Shown here piece after piece: positions 11,061 through 25,060 of a stretch of DNA of 64,000 nt. The stretch is from Octopus sinensis. Its lineage: Eukaryota. Within the stretch, counting starts at the first letter, position 1; each line of letters opens with the position of its first letter. The position numbers and the translations under genes were made by a program. Location of the stretch: the NCBI RefSeq assembly GCF_006345805.1, contig NC_042999.1:126170001-126234000 (forward strand), in the 5' to 3' direction. The notes under the pieces are model-generated. The model made no database searches. It was not told the origin of the DNA and worked only from the letters and a program-made list of their open reading frames with translations.

Positions 11061-13214
11061 TGCTACATCATTTTTCGATACCGCAAATATTGCAAAATGT
11101 GACGGTCTGCAAAAATTCCTTCTAAGATGCTCATGTGTATATCAAAGTCTTATGAATGAAATTTGGTTGGCAGTAATTTTGCAAAAGCTCAGTTCGTCTT
11201 GCATGTATTTTTGTACCTGCGAAAGGAAGGAAGTCAAAATTTATATGAGCATATCACTCTTAAGTTGAACGTCTCTTGCATAATTTCCACTTAATATAAC
11301 ATTTATAAGATATAATAGACAAATAAATGGAAATATCCTGCCGCCACCTTGGGTCGGCAAGTGTCTGTTTTTTTATTTTTAATATACAGTACATATTGCC
11401 GCCCATGAAAACGTGGAAACTTCGAGTAGTGACGCAAAACGCAGGAGTTTTGTACAAAAGGTACTTACTACACTCTGCGACGAGTATCGAGTACTTTTTC
11501 TCCTGTTTGTTACATGTTCATGCCCCCCGCCACATGCATACATACATACGTGAATTCATACGTTGTTGGTATTTTTGTATAAAGTATTTAAATTTTTCAT
11601 AAAGTAGGATCTTATCCCCTCCTCAATCAACACTACACGTTCAACTTATTGTTAGTAATTTGGATAATTGATGTCAGACACTCCAGAAGAATGAATTTCT
11701 CTTCGTGAAGGACTTCCAGTCTCTTATTTGCCTTTAATCTGGGCTCATTTTTTTTTCATTCTTTCCTTTTACGCCGTCTCCGTCGGTTTTTCGCGATCGG
11801 AAGTCAACGTTACTACCTATATTCCTTTGTATTGCGTCTTGCTTATCTCCTAGCCACGTCTTCAGTTTCAAACACCAACCTACAACCTGTTTTATTCGAT
11901 GAAAACACATTCTGACATAGGTCAGCTAGAGCTTTCCTCCAACCCAGTTTTTGGAGCCTCACTCTGTTTTTAAAGTGCCAGTATGTCACGTTTTTTTTTA
12001 CCTTTTTTCTATAAACGTTTTTCCAGAGTAGGAGGCAATGTCTTTTGAAACTCACCTCCTTCATATCTTCTACTTTTGGGCTGTTTCATATCGAGATGTT
12101 CTTTGTAGCCTTCTGTCACTGTAACGGATGAGTCACAATAGTTGCTGTTGATGTATTTGTTAATATGACTTAAGATGGTGTTTTCACTTACCAAGTTGTG
12201 ACATTCTGCATTCATGACAGCATCTACCTGTGTCATTTCTCATTGTTTTCTGTTTATGTTTTTAAAATAATTTAACGTTTTCGAAAAAGCACGGATTTGC
12301 TGTTACTACATTCATAGCAACACTTTTTCCCTCTCCCTCTCACTTGACGCGGCATTATAACGAAGTGAAAATGAAGTTTGCAAAAAAAGTGTGTATACAA
12401 TAAAATTGTCGAAAGGCTCATACTGAGATTAGTCTTTTCAATTGGGCCGAACACTCCTCTTCCACCCATCTTTCAGTAAATATAATGGAGGTAGTACCTC
12501 TATCATCCCTCCCCTTCTTCTCAAATGGTACGTGAAATTCCTGAGAGATTGACCCAAGAGGAAAAGTTTGCTTCCAGTTCTTTTATTTATGGTCTACCTT
12601 GCTATCCATAGTCACCAGATGAAGAGGAACTGTCTGCCCTTCCTGATTAAAGGAAAGCAATGGAGCGATCGTCATTATGGCCTCTGCTGATAATCTGTCC
12701 TTCATACAACCACAACTCTTCGACGACAATCTGCAATTCGCTAATGCTCGGACACTGCATGCAGGGTGGTTTCGTAGTCCTGCAAACGTCCGGATGACGG
12801 TTCTTGAGCGTCTGAGGATATGAGTGACGATCTTGAAGAAATTCCGGGCGGTGACGAGAAGGAATTAGGTTGATGTTGGAAGGCGTCCCTTCCACAAAGG
12901 ACAAAAGATCATAAGCTCTTGCTTAGCAAGATGCAAATTGAATTAAGTCATAACTGTCTGGAGGTAAATTATAATTTCCAGCTTAGACTGACCACCCTGC
13001 TCGTAATCCCGTCCCAGTTCTTCTCTACCTGACGGGCTGGATCAGCTTAACAACGGACCATGTTATGGCTAAATGGCAGACATACTGACTTAAAAATAAA
13101 ATTATAAATAATAATAGCAATAGCATCAACAATGACAACACCGATAATGTTGGTAATAGTGATGATGATGATCATAGTAGTAGTAGTAGTAGTAGTAGTA
13201 ATGAAAATAATAAT

Positions 13215-13517
13215 AATAATGGACTCTACCGTCGAAGATGACGAATGAATGTTCAGCTTTTGCCGAGGGACCTGCACAAATGATTTGTTTATAGTGATCA
13301 AATGCATGTGCTGTACATTAGCTCATTCCCTCCACCAAATCGCTGTTGTCTGAATAGGAACACGATGTACATTGTGTCAGCTGTCGAAGCGATCGCAGAG
13401 CAACGTGAGATGAAGTGTTTTGCTCAACAACATAGCACACAACCCGGTCTAGCAATTGAAACCACAACCTCGCGAACATGCGTACAACGCCCTAACCACT
13501 AGGCTATGCGTTCTCCC
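13215..13517 (-). mobile_element. tRNA-derived SINE, family C
   Basis: Minus head tagcctagtggttagggcg...ggtttcaattg, then gagcaaaacacttcatctcacgttgctc; similar to 44230-44530 and 58986-59240. Confidence 0.75.
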
Positions 13518-13580
<63 letters not shown>

Positions 13581-13671
13581 AAGAAGAAGAAGAAGACGAA
13601 CGACAACAGCAGCAGCAACAACAGCAACAACAACAATAATAATAACAACAACAACAACAATAATAGTTATG

Positions 13672-13729
<58 letters not shown>

Positions 13730-13752
13730 TAATAATATTGATAATAATAAAT
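13518..13752. repeat. Compound (AAT)n(AAG)n(AAC/AGC)n(AAT)n microsatellite
   Basis: Direct reading. Confidence 0.95.
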
Positions 13753-14063
13753 TACTGTTAAATTTCTTTTTTATTCCTTTATCACAGACGCCCACAAAAA
13801 GATTTATTGAAGAAATAAAATCGAATAAATGATATTTCTTTTATTGCTGTACATGTATATGGCGTTGGAAATGTGACCGTCAGTGGATGGTGGGGTGGTA
13901 GAAGGGAGAGAGATGGGGGGGGGGGCACTAGCGGTCAAAAGAAGTTGTGAAAAATCATGCAGGGACTATTAAACATTGACAAAATAACCAGTCAAGTAAA
14001 ACAGCCAATTTAACAGATAGATGCCGAACTCCTGTTTAACGTCTTCCATTTGGGATGAAGAGT

Positions 14064-14410
14064 GTATGTATGTATGTATGTATGTATGTATGTATGTATG
14101 TATGTATGTATGTATGTATGTATGTATGTATGTATGTATGTATGTATATACGTGTGTATGCATGGCTGTATGCATGTATATGTGTGTTTGTGTAGGGTGA
14201 TGGTGCCTGCAGTAGGATAAGAATCACACGGAGCAATGTGCATAAACACATACAGAGACAAACATAGGCACGTTCTCACAAACAAGCAAATACTTGCCTA
14301 CTCACACACGTACCCGCATATACACACGGAAACAATCACTGATACCCTGTTGTTTTTTATATCTTCTGTAAGTACATGATATTCCTATAAACCGCTGGAA
14401 GGTCTATATA

Positions 14411-14448
<38 letters not shown>

Positions 14449-14471
14449 GTATATAAATCTGTGTGTACATA

Positions 14472-14545
<74 letters not shown>

Positions 14546-14840
14546 ATATACATATATATATGTATGTATATATATATATATATATATATACATATATATA
14601 TGTATGTATATATATATATATATGTATGTATGTATATATACAGAGAGAGAGAGAGAGAGAGAGAAAGCCATCTAGCTGTCTATCTATCTATATGTATAAA
14701 TATATCTATGTACGTGTGTGTGTGTGCGTATACATACATATATATATGTATAGAGAGAAACAGAGAGAGAGGGAAAGAAAGAGAAAGCGAGTGAGAGATG
14801 AGTGATGTGTGTGTATACGTGTGTGTGCGCGCGCATGTGT
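14064..14840. repeat. Cluster of (TATG)n, (TA)n, (AG)n and (TG)n microsatellites
   Basis: Direct reading. Confidence 0.9.
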
Positions 14841-15054
14841 TGCACGTGTTTATGTGTGCTTGCTGTACATGTATGCATAAGTCCACACTGGAAATTCGTT
14901 TTATCAATAATAACGATTTATTTTATTTGTGACAAGGACCCGCAATATTGAAGACAGTACTCAGAGGAATAATATAAGAAAGCTACATACCAGAAACAAT
15001 GAGAGATATAATAACATCAAGGAAAAGGTTGTAATCAACTAACGAATAGATACT

Positions 15055-15445
15055 GGTTTCAAATCATGGCACAAGGCCTGCAATTTCGTAGGTGGACTAA
15101 GTCGATTACAGTGACCCGAGTGATCCACTGGTACTTATTTTATCGACCCTGAAGTGATGAAAGGCAAAATCGACCTCAGCGGGATTTGAACTCAGAACAC
15201 AAAGGCAAACGAAATGCCGCTAAACATTTTGCCCGGCGTGCTAACAATTCTGCCATTTCGCCGCCATGCTCTACTAAAGTACAAATTTTGATTTCAAATT
15301 TTGGCACAAGATCAGCAATTTTATAGGATGGGGTAGGTCGATTACAACGACTCCAGTACTCAGTTGGTACTTATTTTATTGACCTCCAAAGAATGAAATG
15401 CAAAGTCGATTTGAACCCAGACCATAAAGATGGACGAAATGCTGC
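15055..15445 (-). mobile_element. Two tandem family A SINEs (15055-15266 and 15290-15445)
   Basis: Reverse complement of the family A consensus, twice. Confidence 0.8.
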
Positions 15446-15459
15446 TACCTTAAACTAAA

Positions 15460-17615
15460 GAAATACCGCTCTGAAGACCATCCAGACCTATGCTCCCATA
15501 AATGCGAGTGAAGATGATGCAGTGGAAGAAAGCGTTGGCTCACAAACCCCTTTATATCATAGTAATGGGAGATTTCAACACAAAAGCTGGAAAAAGACGA
15601 CGGGGAGAGAAATACGTTGGTAAGTTTTGATCAAGAAACAGAAACAAAGGAAGAGAACGTTTTGGTTACCATGGCAGAAAAAAGAAGACTTTATATAGGG
15701 AATAGCATACAGAGGAAGCAACCTGGAATGAAATGGACCTGGATAGCCCCAAACGCTCAACACAAAAATATAATCGACTACATTCTGATCGATAAACTGT
15801 TTTTTCAGTTGCAGCGCCATTCAACACAGGCAGTGATCATCGCTTGCTATGGCGAAGATCATGATCAATGAGATCAGTGAGGAAAAGGCTCTGCACATCT
15901 CAATGAAGAATCAATGTGTCAAGTTGTTCGATGTAAAACAGTTGCAGGAAGCAACTAGTATCAACTAGAAGAGCTCGATGAGGACTACAATTTGGTGGTC
16001 CAGAAAATTAAAAGCTGCATATGGAAAGCAAACCAGCTGGAACCTGAGAGAAGAATCTCGAAGGAGACGAAGAAAATGCTAGAAAAATGGAAGATGATGA
16101 AGAACATGAAAGATTACCTCAAATATTCCGTTCTTTGCGAAGCGATCAGACAACATCTAAGAAATTACTTCGAGAATAAAAGACTGAAGAAATTGATGCA
16201 AACTGCAGAAGAAAGGAGCCATTTAAAAAGATGCAGGAGAAGGCTTGCTCTCTATACGTCGGAGGTGACAGACCTTCAGAAGAATGATAGATTCACAGTG
16301 ACAGATAAAGGGGAGATGGAGGAGGCATGGAAAATCTATACCAATCTTCTTTAATCATCAGTAAAACTCAGTCCCCCCACCGCCACAAATGTTGGAATAA
16401 GTGCTACCTATTCTGATCAGTGAAATTGAAAATGCCCTCAAACTGATGAAAACAGACAAAAATCCCGGGAAAGATGGCTTTACAGAAGATTTGTTAAGAA
16501 GCAGAGGTGAAGGGTTGTGGAAAAGTTTCGTTCTATGCTTCAATCGCTATCTGACAGAGGGCAAAATATTCTCACTGTGGACAGAGTTAAATACCATTTT
16601 GCATTATAAGAAGAGTGATAAAAAAGGTTTAAAAAAAAGCTATCGCCCCATATGCCTCTTGTCCCACCTCCAAGAGCAATTTACAAAGTCACCAGACTAT
16701 CGAAACCCTCGACGACTAACAGCCGAGAGAGCAAGCAGGTTTCCGTAACAACTGTAGTACGATATATCACATTCATTCTAACACAGCTCATAGAACGAGC
16801 GAACGAATACAAGCTTCCTCTGTGGATCGCTTTTGTTGATTACGAAAAGGCCTTCGATAGCCTCGAGATGAACGCAGTGTTGAAGTCCCTGGAAATGCAA
16901 AGTGTTGAGGCGCAGTTCATCCAACTGCTCAGATATGCGAACTCTGGATACTTTATCTATTGCTATAGCTATGCTATCCCCACCAGTAAGAATCCCAATT
17001 GAGAAAGGTGTCGAGCGAGAAGATGCTATCTCTCCAAAGTTCTTTACCGCATGTTAAAAAATAGCCATCAATGACATTGACTGGACAGGTGACGAACACA
17101 CATTGTACACATCGCTGAAACCACAAAGCAGCGGCAAACAATGCTCACAGAAGTGGACACTCAGAGATTAGCAATAGGTCTTAAAATGAACTACATGAAA
17201 GCAAAATATATGCGACCGGAAGATGCAGCACATGGCCGAAAAGAGGCAGAAAGCAATGAAATCGAGGAGGTAAAGGAGTACGTCTATTTAGTGCACACAG
17301 TGAATCTGTGCTGAGATATGGATGCTTAAATCATGAAGAGAATAAGAACAGGCATCACAATAAAGTGCTCAAAACAAAGATAGACAATACCATTGATTCT
17401 TCAACAGCAATGTTCTGCCAGAGACTCTTTAATAGCATCGTTCTACCTGCGCTCTTATTCGCAACTGAGACATGATCTACTATGAAGAAGATAGAACGTC
17501 GATTGGATATGATGCAAAGGCCCATGGAAAGAATATCCATGCTAGGAATATCATTAGGAGAACACATTCGAAATGAGATAATACGAGAACGGCGCAGAGT
17601 GAACGATGTGTTTGC
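15460..17615 (+). mobile_element. Degraded RTE-clade LINE (APE endonuclease + RT)
   Basis: IQTYAP, IVMGDFN, KWTWIAPN...IDYIL, SDHRLL; YRPICLLSHL; AFVDYEKAFDSLE; KGV..DAISPKFF; many stops and frameshifts. Confidence 0.9.
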
Positions 17616-18059
17616 AGAGAAAGAGAGAGGGGAGAGGGAACTAGTAGAATGCTAGAAGTATAGATACTTTAGAGAAATTTCAGTAGGTGGTAATATAAAG
17701 TCGATCTCAAACTGACAAATACTAAGATCCCCGCCTAACTTGAAATTATTTTCCACCTCCCCATATTAAAGAGATGAGAAAAGGATTCCTATCGCAGTTT
17801 GATGAGTGTCAGGCACGAAACTCTCTCTCTCTCTCGGCATTGCAACTTCTTTGTAACTTCTACTTTTTTAAAAATTACCTACATCTGTACAGACATACAT
17901 ATTTGTCTGTGTGCCCCTCTGTTTACCGGTACATGGTGGCTGCCCCCTCGTTATCGAGTATGGCCATTGCACGAAGCTTAATCAATGTTGTTATCGTGCA
18001 ATGCCTGTGAAGAAGATATTTTTTTAAGTGAGGAAAGGCTGTGCACTGAGCCAATCCCA

Positions 18060-18432
18060 CTCACTAAGCAACAGCAGCAATAATCCGAAAAGAAGAACAA
18101 GTCAACATCATCGGTAACCACTGAGCCGCAGGTTTTATGTCGGAGTTATCCCAGTTACCTGAGTTGCCTTCTCCTAGAAGGATGCCCTGACAAAGGCTAG
18201 GAGTCCTTCACTCCCAATGATTTAACTACGCGATCGGGTATTCAATCCGATTATTTCTATGTCCCCGCGTAAGATACAGCTTTAAGACATTTATTGGATG
18301 GTCGTTGACTCTCAAGAGTTCCTCCGCCCTTTGACGGGTTTTGTTTTTCATCCCGCAGGGTGACCAATAAACACCCTCCTCACCAAGCGAGCTTGGTGGG
18401 GTTGCCGGTTTAGTCGCCGACGACCCGACCAT
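18060..18432 (-). mobile_element. Probable RTE-type LINE 5' UTR fragments
   Basis: GC-richer block; minus tagcctttgtcagggcatccttctaggagaaggcaactc resembles RTE 5'UTR motifs (from memory, not aligned). Confidence 0.4.
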
Positions 18433-18492
18433 ACTTATATATACTTGAAAATGGATGCGTCGTGTTCAATTAAATAATAAATAATATATGTA

Positions 18493-18616
<124 letters not shown>

Positions 18617-18782
18617 TACTTACACGCATATATGGTACAGGACGTTACCAACGGAGCAAATAACATGAAATACGTAAACAACGAGAAAGAAAAAGGAAAA
18701 CAGGACAAGTAAATATAAAGAAAGGCCCTTTCATCAGTTGTCGGCTGTCTATCTACTCCTCATTTCGAACATATATATATAT

Positions 18783-18950
18783 CATGCAGGAGTACCAACT
18801 TGAAGGGTTTCAGTCGAACAAATCGACACTAGAGATTATGTTTTAAGCCTGGTACTTATTCTATCGGTCTTTATGCCGAACCGCTAATTTGCAGGGACGT
18901 AGACACACCAACACCGGCTGTCAAGCGGTGATGGGAGACAAACACAAAGA
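18783..18950 (-). mobile_element. Family B SINE 3' part
   Basis: Reverse complement of 58390-58605. Confidence 0.7.
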
Positions 18951-19017
18951 CACACGTCTATATGTATGTGTGTGTGCATGTGCGTGCGCGCGCGCGTATG
19001 CATGTATATATATACAT

Positions 19018-19066
<49 letters not shown>

Positions 19067-19764
19067 GTTTCTATCATGTTCGTACTACTAAAAGTACAAA
19101 CACAAAAATGTACACACACACACACACACACATATACTCACCCATATACACACCTATCCATGTACACAAATATACATGAATACATGTGGACGTCTGTCTG
19201 TATTGCATCGCTCTATATTAATGCACATGCACGCGCATTTGTGCATGTATGTATATCTGTATGAATGTAGGTGTATCTCTATGTGCGTGCGTGTGTGTGT
19301 GCGTGTGTGCGTGCGCGTGTGACAGTGTGTGCGTTCGTATGTATCTGTCTCGGTCTACGTTTGGGTATGGTGACAAAGGTAAGAGGTGATAGATAGTTAA
19401 TCAATTGTTGTATAAAGGAAGGTGCGTCGACATCTTATTCTAACAAACCAGGGTGATAGTTCAGCGAAGTAGATGACCGAATCTAAGCGTTAATGAACGC
19501 CTACAGTGGGAGGAGCGACTATTTTGTGACACGCCTTCTTTTATATATTTGTGATATGGTAGTATTCGCTAGACAAGCGCAGACACACCAACATCCACAG
19601 ATACACACAAACACACACACACACACACACACACACGCACGCACGCACGCACGCACACACACATGCACACCACACCACACACTTGCTTTTATAATGTACA
19701 TACACGCTTGCATTTATGTAGTTATACATATTTATGCACCCATACATACACTTTTTTTCTTTTA

Positions 19765-19935
19765 TCTTTTATTTGTTTCTGGCATTTGACTGCGGCCATG
19801 CTGGAGCACTGCATTGAAGGGGTTTAGTCGAACAAATCAACCTCAGTGTTTTTCTAAAGCCTGGTATCTTTTGTCTCTAGGTTACGAGAACGTAAGCGGT
19901 GGTGGGGAACAAACACAGACACTAAGGTACACACA

Positions 19936-20001
<66 letters not shown>

Positions 20002-20130
20002 ACACATGCTTATACGACGGGCTTCTTTTAGTTTTTGTCTACAAAATCCACTCATAGAGCTTTAGTCGGCCCAAGGTTATAATAGGTCAAGGTGCCGCTC
20101 TGTGCGACGGAACTCGGAACCGAGCTGGTT
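19765..20130 (-). mobile_element. Family B SINE with internal (CA)n
   Basis: tttgactgcggccatgctggagcact...acgacgggcttctttt...aaatccactca. Confidence 0.7.
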
Positions 20131-20139
20131 GTCAACATC

Positions 20140-20502
20140 AAGGAAGTGTTCGAAGACCTTTCGAATGATACTGATTCTTTATTACCCACAAGGGGCAACG
20201 GACCTTTCGAATGATACACTGAGGGACGCATGCACCAGATTCCGGAGCCGTCTTGAGGTCGCGGAGGAAGTTGAGGGCGGTTATCTCCTAGCCATAATAC
20301 AGCTCATATTTTTTTAATTTTTAAAAATACCTTCATTTTTTAATATACTTTTATTTTTGGATGGTATATGGATTTTTGTTATGCTGTGTCTGGGGAGAAT
20401 CGTTAGAAAGAATCTTGCAAACCAGATACAAAAACGATTTATGGATACTGGGGGCGGGGGTTCCACTTATGCAAACTGTCAAATTTAGTCCGAACACTCT
20501 GT
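20140..20502 (+). mobile_element. Tc1/mariner (maT-like) 3' fragment
   Basis: DTLRDACTRFRSRLEVAEEVEGGY resembles a transposase C-terminus and is homologous to 33480-33540; ends in a TIR-like aatttagtccgaacactctgt. Confidence 0.55.
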
Positions 20503-20514
20503 GTATATCAAAAT

Positions 20515-20515
<1 letters not shown>

Positions 20516-20603
<88 letters not shown>

Positions 20604-20878
20604 CATCCATCCATCCCTTCATCCATCCATCCATCCATCCATCTATCTATCTATCTATCTATCTAATCTGTCTGTCTGTCTGTCTGTCATTCAGTCTGTC
20701 TATCTATCTGTCTCTGTCTGTCTGTCTGTCTGTGTATCTATCTATGTATCTATCTATCTATGTATCTATCTATCTATGTATCTATCTATTTATGTATCTG
20801 TCTGTCTGTCTGTCTTTCTGTCTTTCTGTCTTTCTATCTATCTATCTATCTATCTATCGATTTATCGATCTATCTATA
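20516..20878. repeat. (TATC)n/(CATC)n/(TGTC)n microsatellite
   Basis: Direct reading. Confidence 0.95.
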
Positions 20879-21144
20879 CCTCGGCATATCTTAATGAAAC
20901 AAAAAACATCCACACCAAGCAAGCTCCTAAAGATCAACGCTCTCATTGCTAGAATAAGATGGAGAGCATAATAATTTCATAAGGAGAAAGGAATTTCGGC
21001 AAGCGAGTATGACTCTCTAACCACAACTTCCGAACTTACAAATCACCACGGTCACCCTGATCTAAATAAATACTATACACTCGTACGTCTTGCCCTTTCC
21101 CCACTAATTTTTATATCCTACTCTTTCTTTTTTTCTTTTCTTCT

Positions 21145-21218
<74 letters not shown>

Positions 21219-22089
21219 TATATATATATAAGCAGGTGAATGAATTATCCTATGTTTATCGTCAGCATGGAAAATTCGTTTAACCGAAACCTGGGTAGCA
21301 AATTCACGTCAGAAACACGGTTGAAGCGACCTGTCAAGGGTAGAAACTCCGGGTTCATGTGCAGAAATTTGTGTGTTGTATATTAATAAATGAAAGAATG
21401 GAGTCGAACGAAGATGTTAACAAAATTCCTTTACTCTCAACATATGTTTCGAAGACAGCATGTTTTCATTCCAAAGAAATAAAGGGTGCATTATGCAATC
21501 TTCTCATCAGGAAAGAAAGGGAGCCTCTCTCGACAACAAGACAAACAAAAATTTCCATGATTGCCTACATGGTAAACAAAGCGATAATGAGTGCTTTTTA
21601 AAAAAAAATCCGTTAGAAGAATTGACGTCAAAGTTAGATAGTAGGAAGAGAAGGGATAAAGGAATAATAGGTAGGGAACAAGTGGAGAGGGAATGTTCGA
21701 AGACTTAGGAAAGAATTTCTCTATAGTAGTGGGGTGGACGTAAAGCTAATTGTTCAAGCCACAGTGACTATCGTTATCATTTATATGAGTAGAAAGTGTG
21801 TTTCTGCCAGTGTTTACATTTGTATGATTTTTCTATGAGTGTGTTTACGAGGGGAACCTTAGAGAAAAGAATATATATATAAACCAAAATCAACAGATAC
21901 TAAAATCTGCTGATCAAAATTTTGGGAAAATATAGACGATGTAAAGAGGATTGGTCGTTAAAGCCAACAGGTGAAAGCAACTGACATATTTTGCAATTAT
22001 TACGCCTTTCCACAGAAAATATATTCATTTCAGGTGTTAGACTTAGAAGTAATCCGTACACATAGAACTAGAAATGACGTAGTAGCACT

Positions 22090-22750
22090 GAACATTGATA
22101 TTAGCTATATGGTTAAGTGAAAAGCTATCTGTGAAATTTGTTTTCTTCAGAAATGCTCTGAAAAAGCCCAAATTTATACTGTTTAATGCCACAAACGAAA
22201 CGTCCATCTTCACTAGGGAGCAGTTTGTAGAAGATATGGACAATTTCTGCAACCTGGGCAGTGTGGTCCGTAGTGATGGGGGTATAGAAAGTTATAAGAA
22301 CTGCAAAATTGGAAAGTAGGTACTGTATTCTAGCGTCTGCGTCAAATTACAGCAACAACAAAGCTTCAGTACTGTCATGGAGATTCAATGGCAAAATGCC
22401 AAGGTTCTGTATGACATTCCACTAAAAATTCATACGGAAGATCCTCAAAGTCACTTAGCAAGAAAGAATCATAAATGAGGAAATCCTTCCATAAAGCAAA
22501 TCCCAGCCACAACAAAACATCGTGACACTGCGTCGGTTTCGCTTTGCAGGTTACATTTTGCGCCAATCTCAGCATGGAAAGATTATGTCGGTATGGACAT
22601 CAGAAGGAAAACGAGAGGGAGAAAGGCCGGCCCAAGAACGCCTTAAAGGATCAATTGGACAAGAGCAGAAAAACTGTGATAGATCAACTACACTAGAGGA
22701 AGTTGGCTCCTATCTTATGCACCCAACAATGTGGGAGGGAATCGAATATA
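22090..22750 (+). mobile_element. Old LINE (RTE-like) RT C-terminal remnant
   Basis: VEDMDNFCNLGSVVRSDGG...KIGK; RRFRFAGYILRQ...WTSEGKREGERP. Confidence 0.7.
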
Positions 22751-23734
22751 CGTTTTAGTCAGATGTAGCACCTATGATAATTCTGAGGGGAATCTAAGAA
22801 TGTATATTGAGCATGGGATGAAAGGAAGCATTCAGTTGAATTATAACAATGTGAATATAATTTGCAATTCAACTGAGAATTTAAGAGTAATTGTAAATAT
22901 TGCAATAATTTTGTGTCTACGTTCTTTGATTTTCGCCTGAAGAAACAAATATTCTTTATTTAGCGATTGAAATAGGTTTGCTTGCAAAGACAGCAACTTC
23001 TGGCGGTCTTTGGAGTTGATAAAATCATGTACCAGTCTGTTAGGTACATCTTTTTCCTATCCAATTTTCTAGCCTTATTCCTAACCTGAAAACAATTATT
23101 TAATAAGAAAAAAAAGGTGTGATGATAATGTAAAACTGACCAAAATTCCTAGATTAGTGAGACAATCCATGTTTAGAACTTTTATCCAGGCATATAAGTA
23201 TGTTGGTCCCCTTGGAGAAGAGTCGATCACGCTTGATCACTTTTAAGTCTACCTAACTAAGGTAAATGTGCTATACATCGAAACATGTCCATTGCTTTTA
23301 CCAGTTGTCTGCATCGTCTATATTTCCCCAAAATTTCAATTATCTGATTTTAGTGGAGTTATTGCCCTTGCTTGTTCATTTTAGATTTCAAGTAATCTCT
23401 ATAAGTTTTGTATTTGTGTGTGCGTGTGTATGTGGGGGGTGCCTGTGTAAACGTTTTAGTAAGAAATTAGAAGAATTTAAGTAATTATCTGATTTAGCAT
23501 TGGAATTCGGAATATATTAATTCACAATAGGCATTTAACTTTACTGATATCTTTACTATAGAAATTATCTTTAGTATATATTTTTAATCAGATTGAAAAT
23601 TCTATTCATTTTATTTTAGTTCAATGAATACAACAATAGATAAAATTTAAACATTTACTTTTGAAGACGTGATTTAATTTCTTCTGTTATTTGCTTTAAA
23701 ATTAAACTGAGCAGACGCATAATTTGGAAGTTTG

Positions 23735-24500
23735 GGAGTTCGATACGCACGCAGTCTTCCACACTTATCAGCCCCCTTCCTCCATTTGCTCTCTTCATGC
23801 ATAGGTGATAAGTGCCTGAATGTGGATGATGGGCTCCATGCATCGTTAGGAGTTTTCTTGATATCCCGTCCATCTCCTTTAGCTCTTCCTCTGTCCACTT
23901 CAGGATTCCAGCGCTATACCGAACTACTGCGACTGCACGCGAGTTTATTGCCGAAATTATGTTTCTGGTATTCAGCTTTGAAGCCAATATTTTCCTCACT
24001 CGCCGCAAGTACTCTCTTTTTGTCTTTCCCTTCATGTCCTGCTGTTTGATTTCATCTGCCTCAAGTATTCCCAGGTAATTTATAGCTAGATTGAGGTTGA
24101 ATTGCCTTCATCATTTCATCACTTGGCAAACATATGCCTTCTGTCCTGGCAAGCTTTCCTCGTCTCGTCATCATCGTAGCACATTTTGAGAATCCAAACT
24201 CCATCTTAATATCACAGGAGAAAATTCGCACAAACTGGACTAGGCTGTCCAGTTCTGACTCAGTTTTTGTGAATAGCATCAGGTCGTCCATGAATAGCAA
24301 GTGGTTCCGTTTTTCCTTACCTCTTCCCAGATCATACCCCAACTTCGTTTTCTGTAGTATTTCACTCAAGGGGATCATTCCCAGCACGAATACCAGTGGG
24401 GACACACTGACCCCTGGAAGATTCCTCTCTTGATTTTCACTTCTCCTGGTACTTGCTTCCTTGCTGACAATTTCGTTCTCCAATATCTCATGCTATTCGA
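23735..24500 (-). mobile_element. R4/Dong-like LINE RT fragment
   Basis: SPLVFVLGMIPLS, NHLLFMDDLMLF, DIKMEFGFSKCA, AINSRAVAVVRYSAGILKW, KRANGGRGLISVED. Confidence 0.8.
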
Positions 24501-24506
24501 TATAAG

Positions 24507-24600
<94 letters not shown>
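24507..24600. repeat. (TTA)n array abutting the R4/Dong-like fragment
   Basis: Direct reading. Confidence 0.95.
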
Positions 24601-24602
<2 letters not shown>

Positions 24603-24855
24603 TTTTGCGAGGAGATCTTCAGAACATTGAAGTAGAAATGGGGAAAATATATTGATATACTAACTGATTCGTCTCAGTGTCTTTATGATGCTGCTGCCGG
24701 TGGGGCAGTCATGCTTATGATAGTGGTAATGGTAATGGTAGTGGTAGTTTTTATTATAACTGTTCAAAGAGAGGTCAAATTTATTGTAAAATCTTTGCAG
24801 CTTTGGCCAACTAGTCGTTTTATCGGCATAGTGTATCTAGCAATAATATCTAATA

Positions 24856-25060
24856 TATGAAGGGGTGCCGAAAAGTTCCTGGTTTTAAGGGTGCCGCGAA
24901 AGGCCTAGTTGGTGTTCTTTTATAGGCTTAGAAAAACTGAGGGATCGCTGCAACAAGTGTGTGAATCTGAAAAGGGGATATGTTGAATAAAATCTTAATT
25001 AACTGATTCCCCGGAATTTTCATTTACCCAAAGTCAGGAACTTTTCAGCACTCCCTCGTA
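24856..25060. mobile_element. Mariner-derived MITE with TIRs and TA ends
   Basis: TA-tgaaggggtgccgaaaagttcctg ... caggaacttttcagcactccctcg-TA. Confidence 0.8.

Noticed and set aside
21230-21360. GAAAC-CUGG-GUA hammerhead half next to (TA)n
   Set aside because: No CUGANGA on the same strand at a usable position
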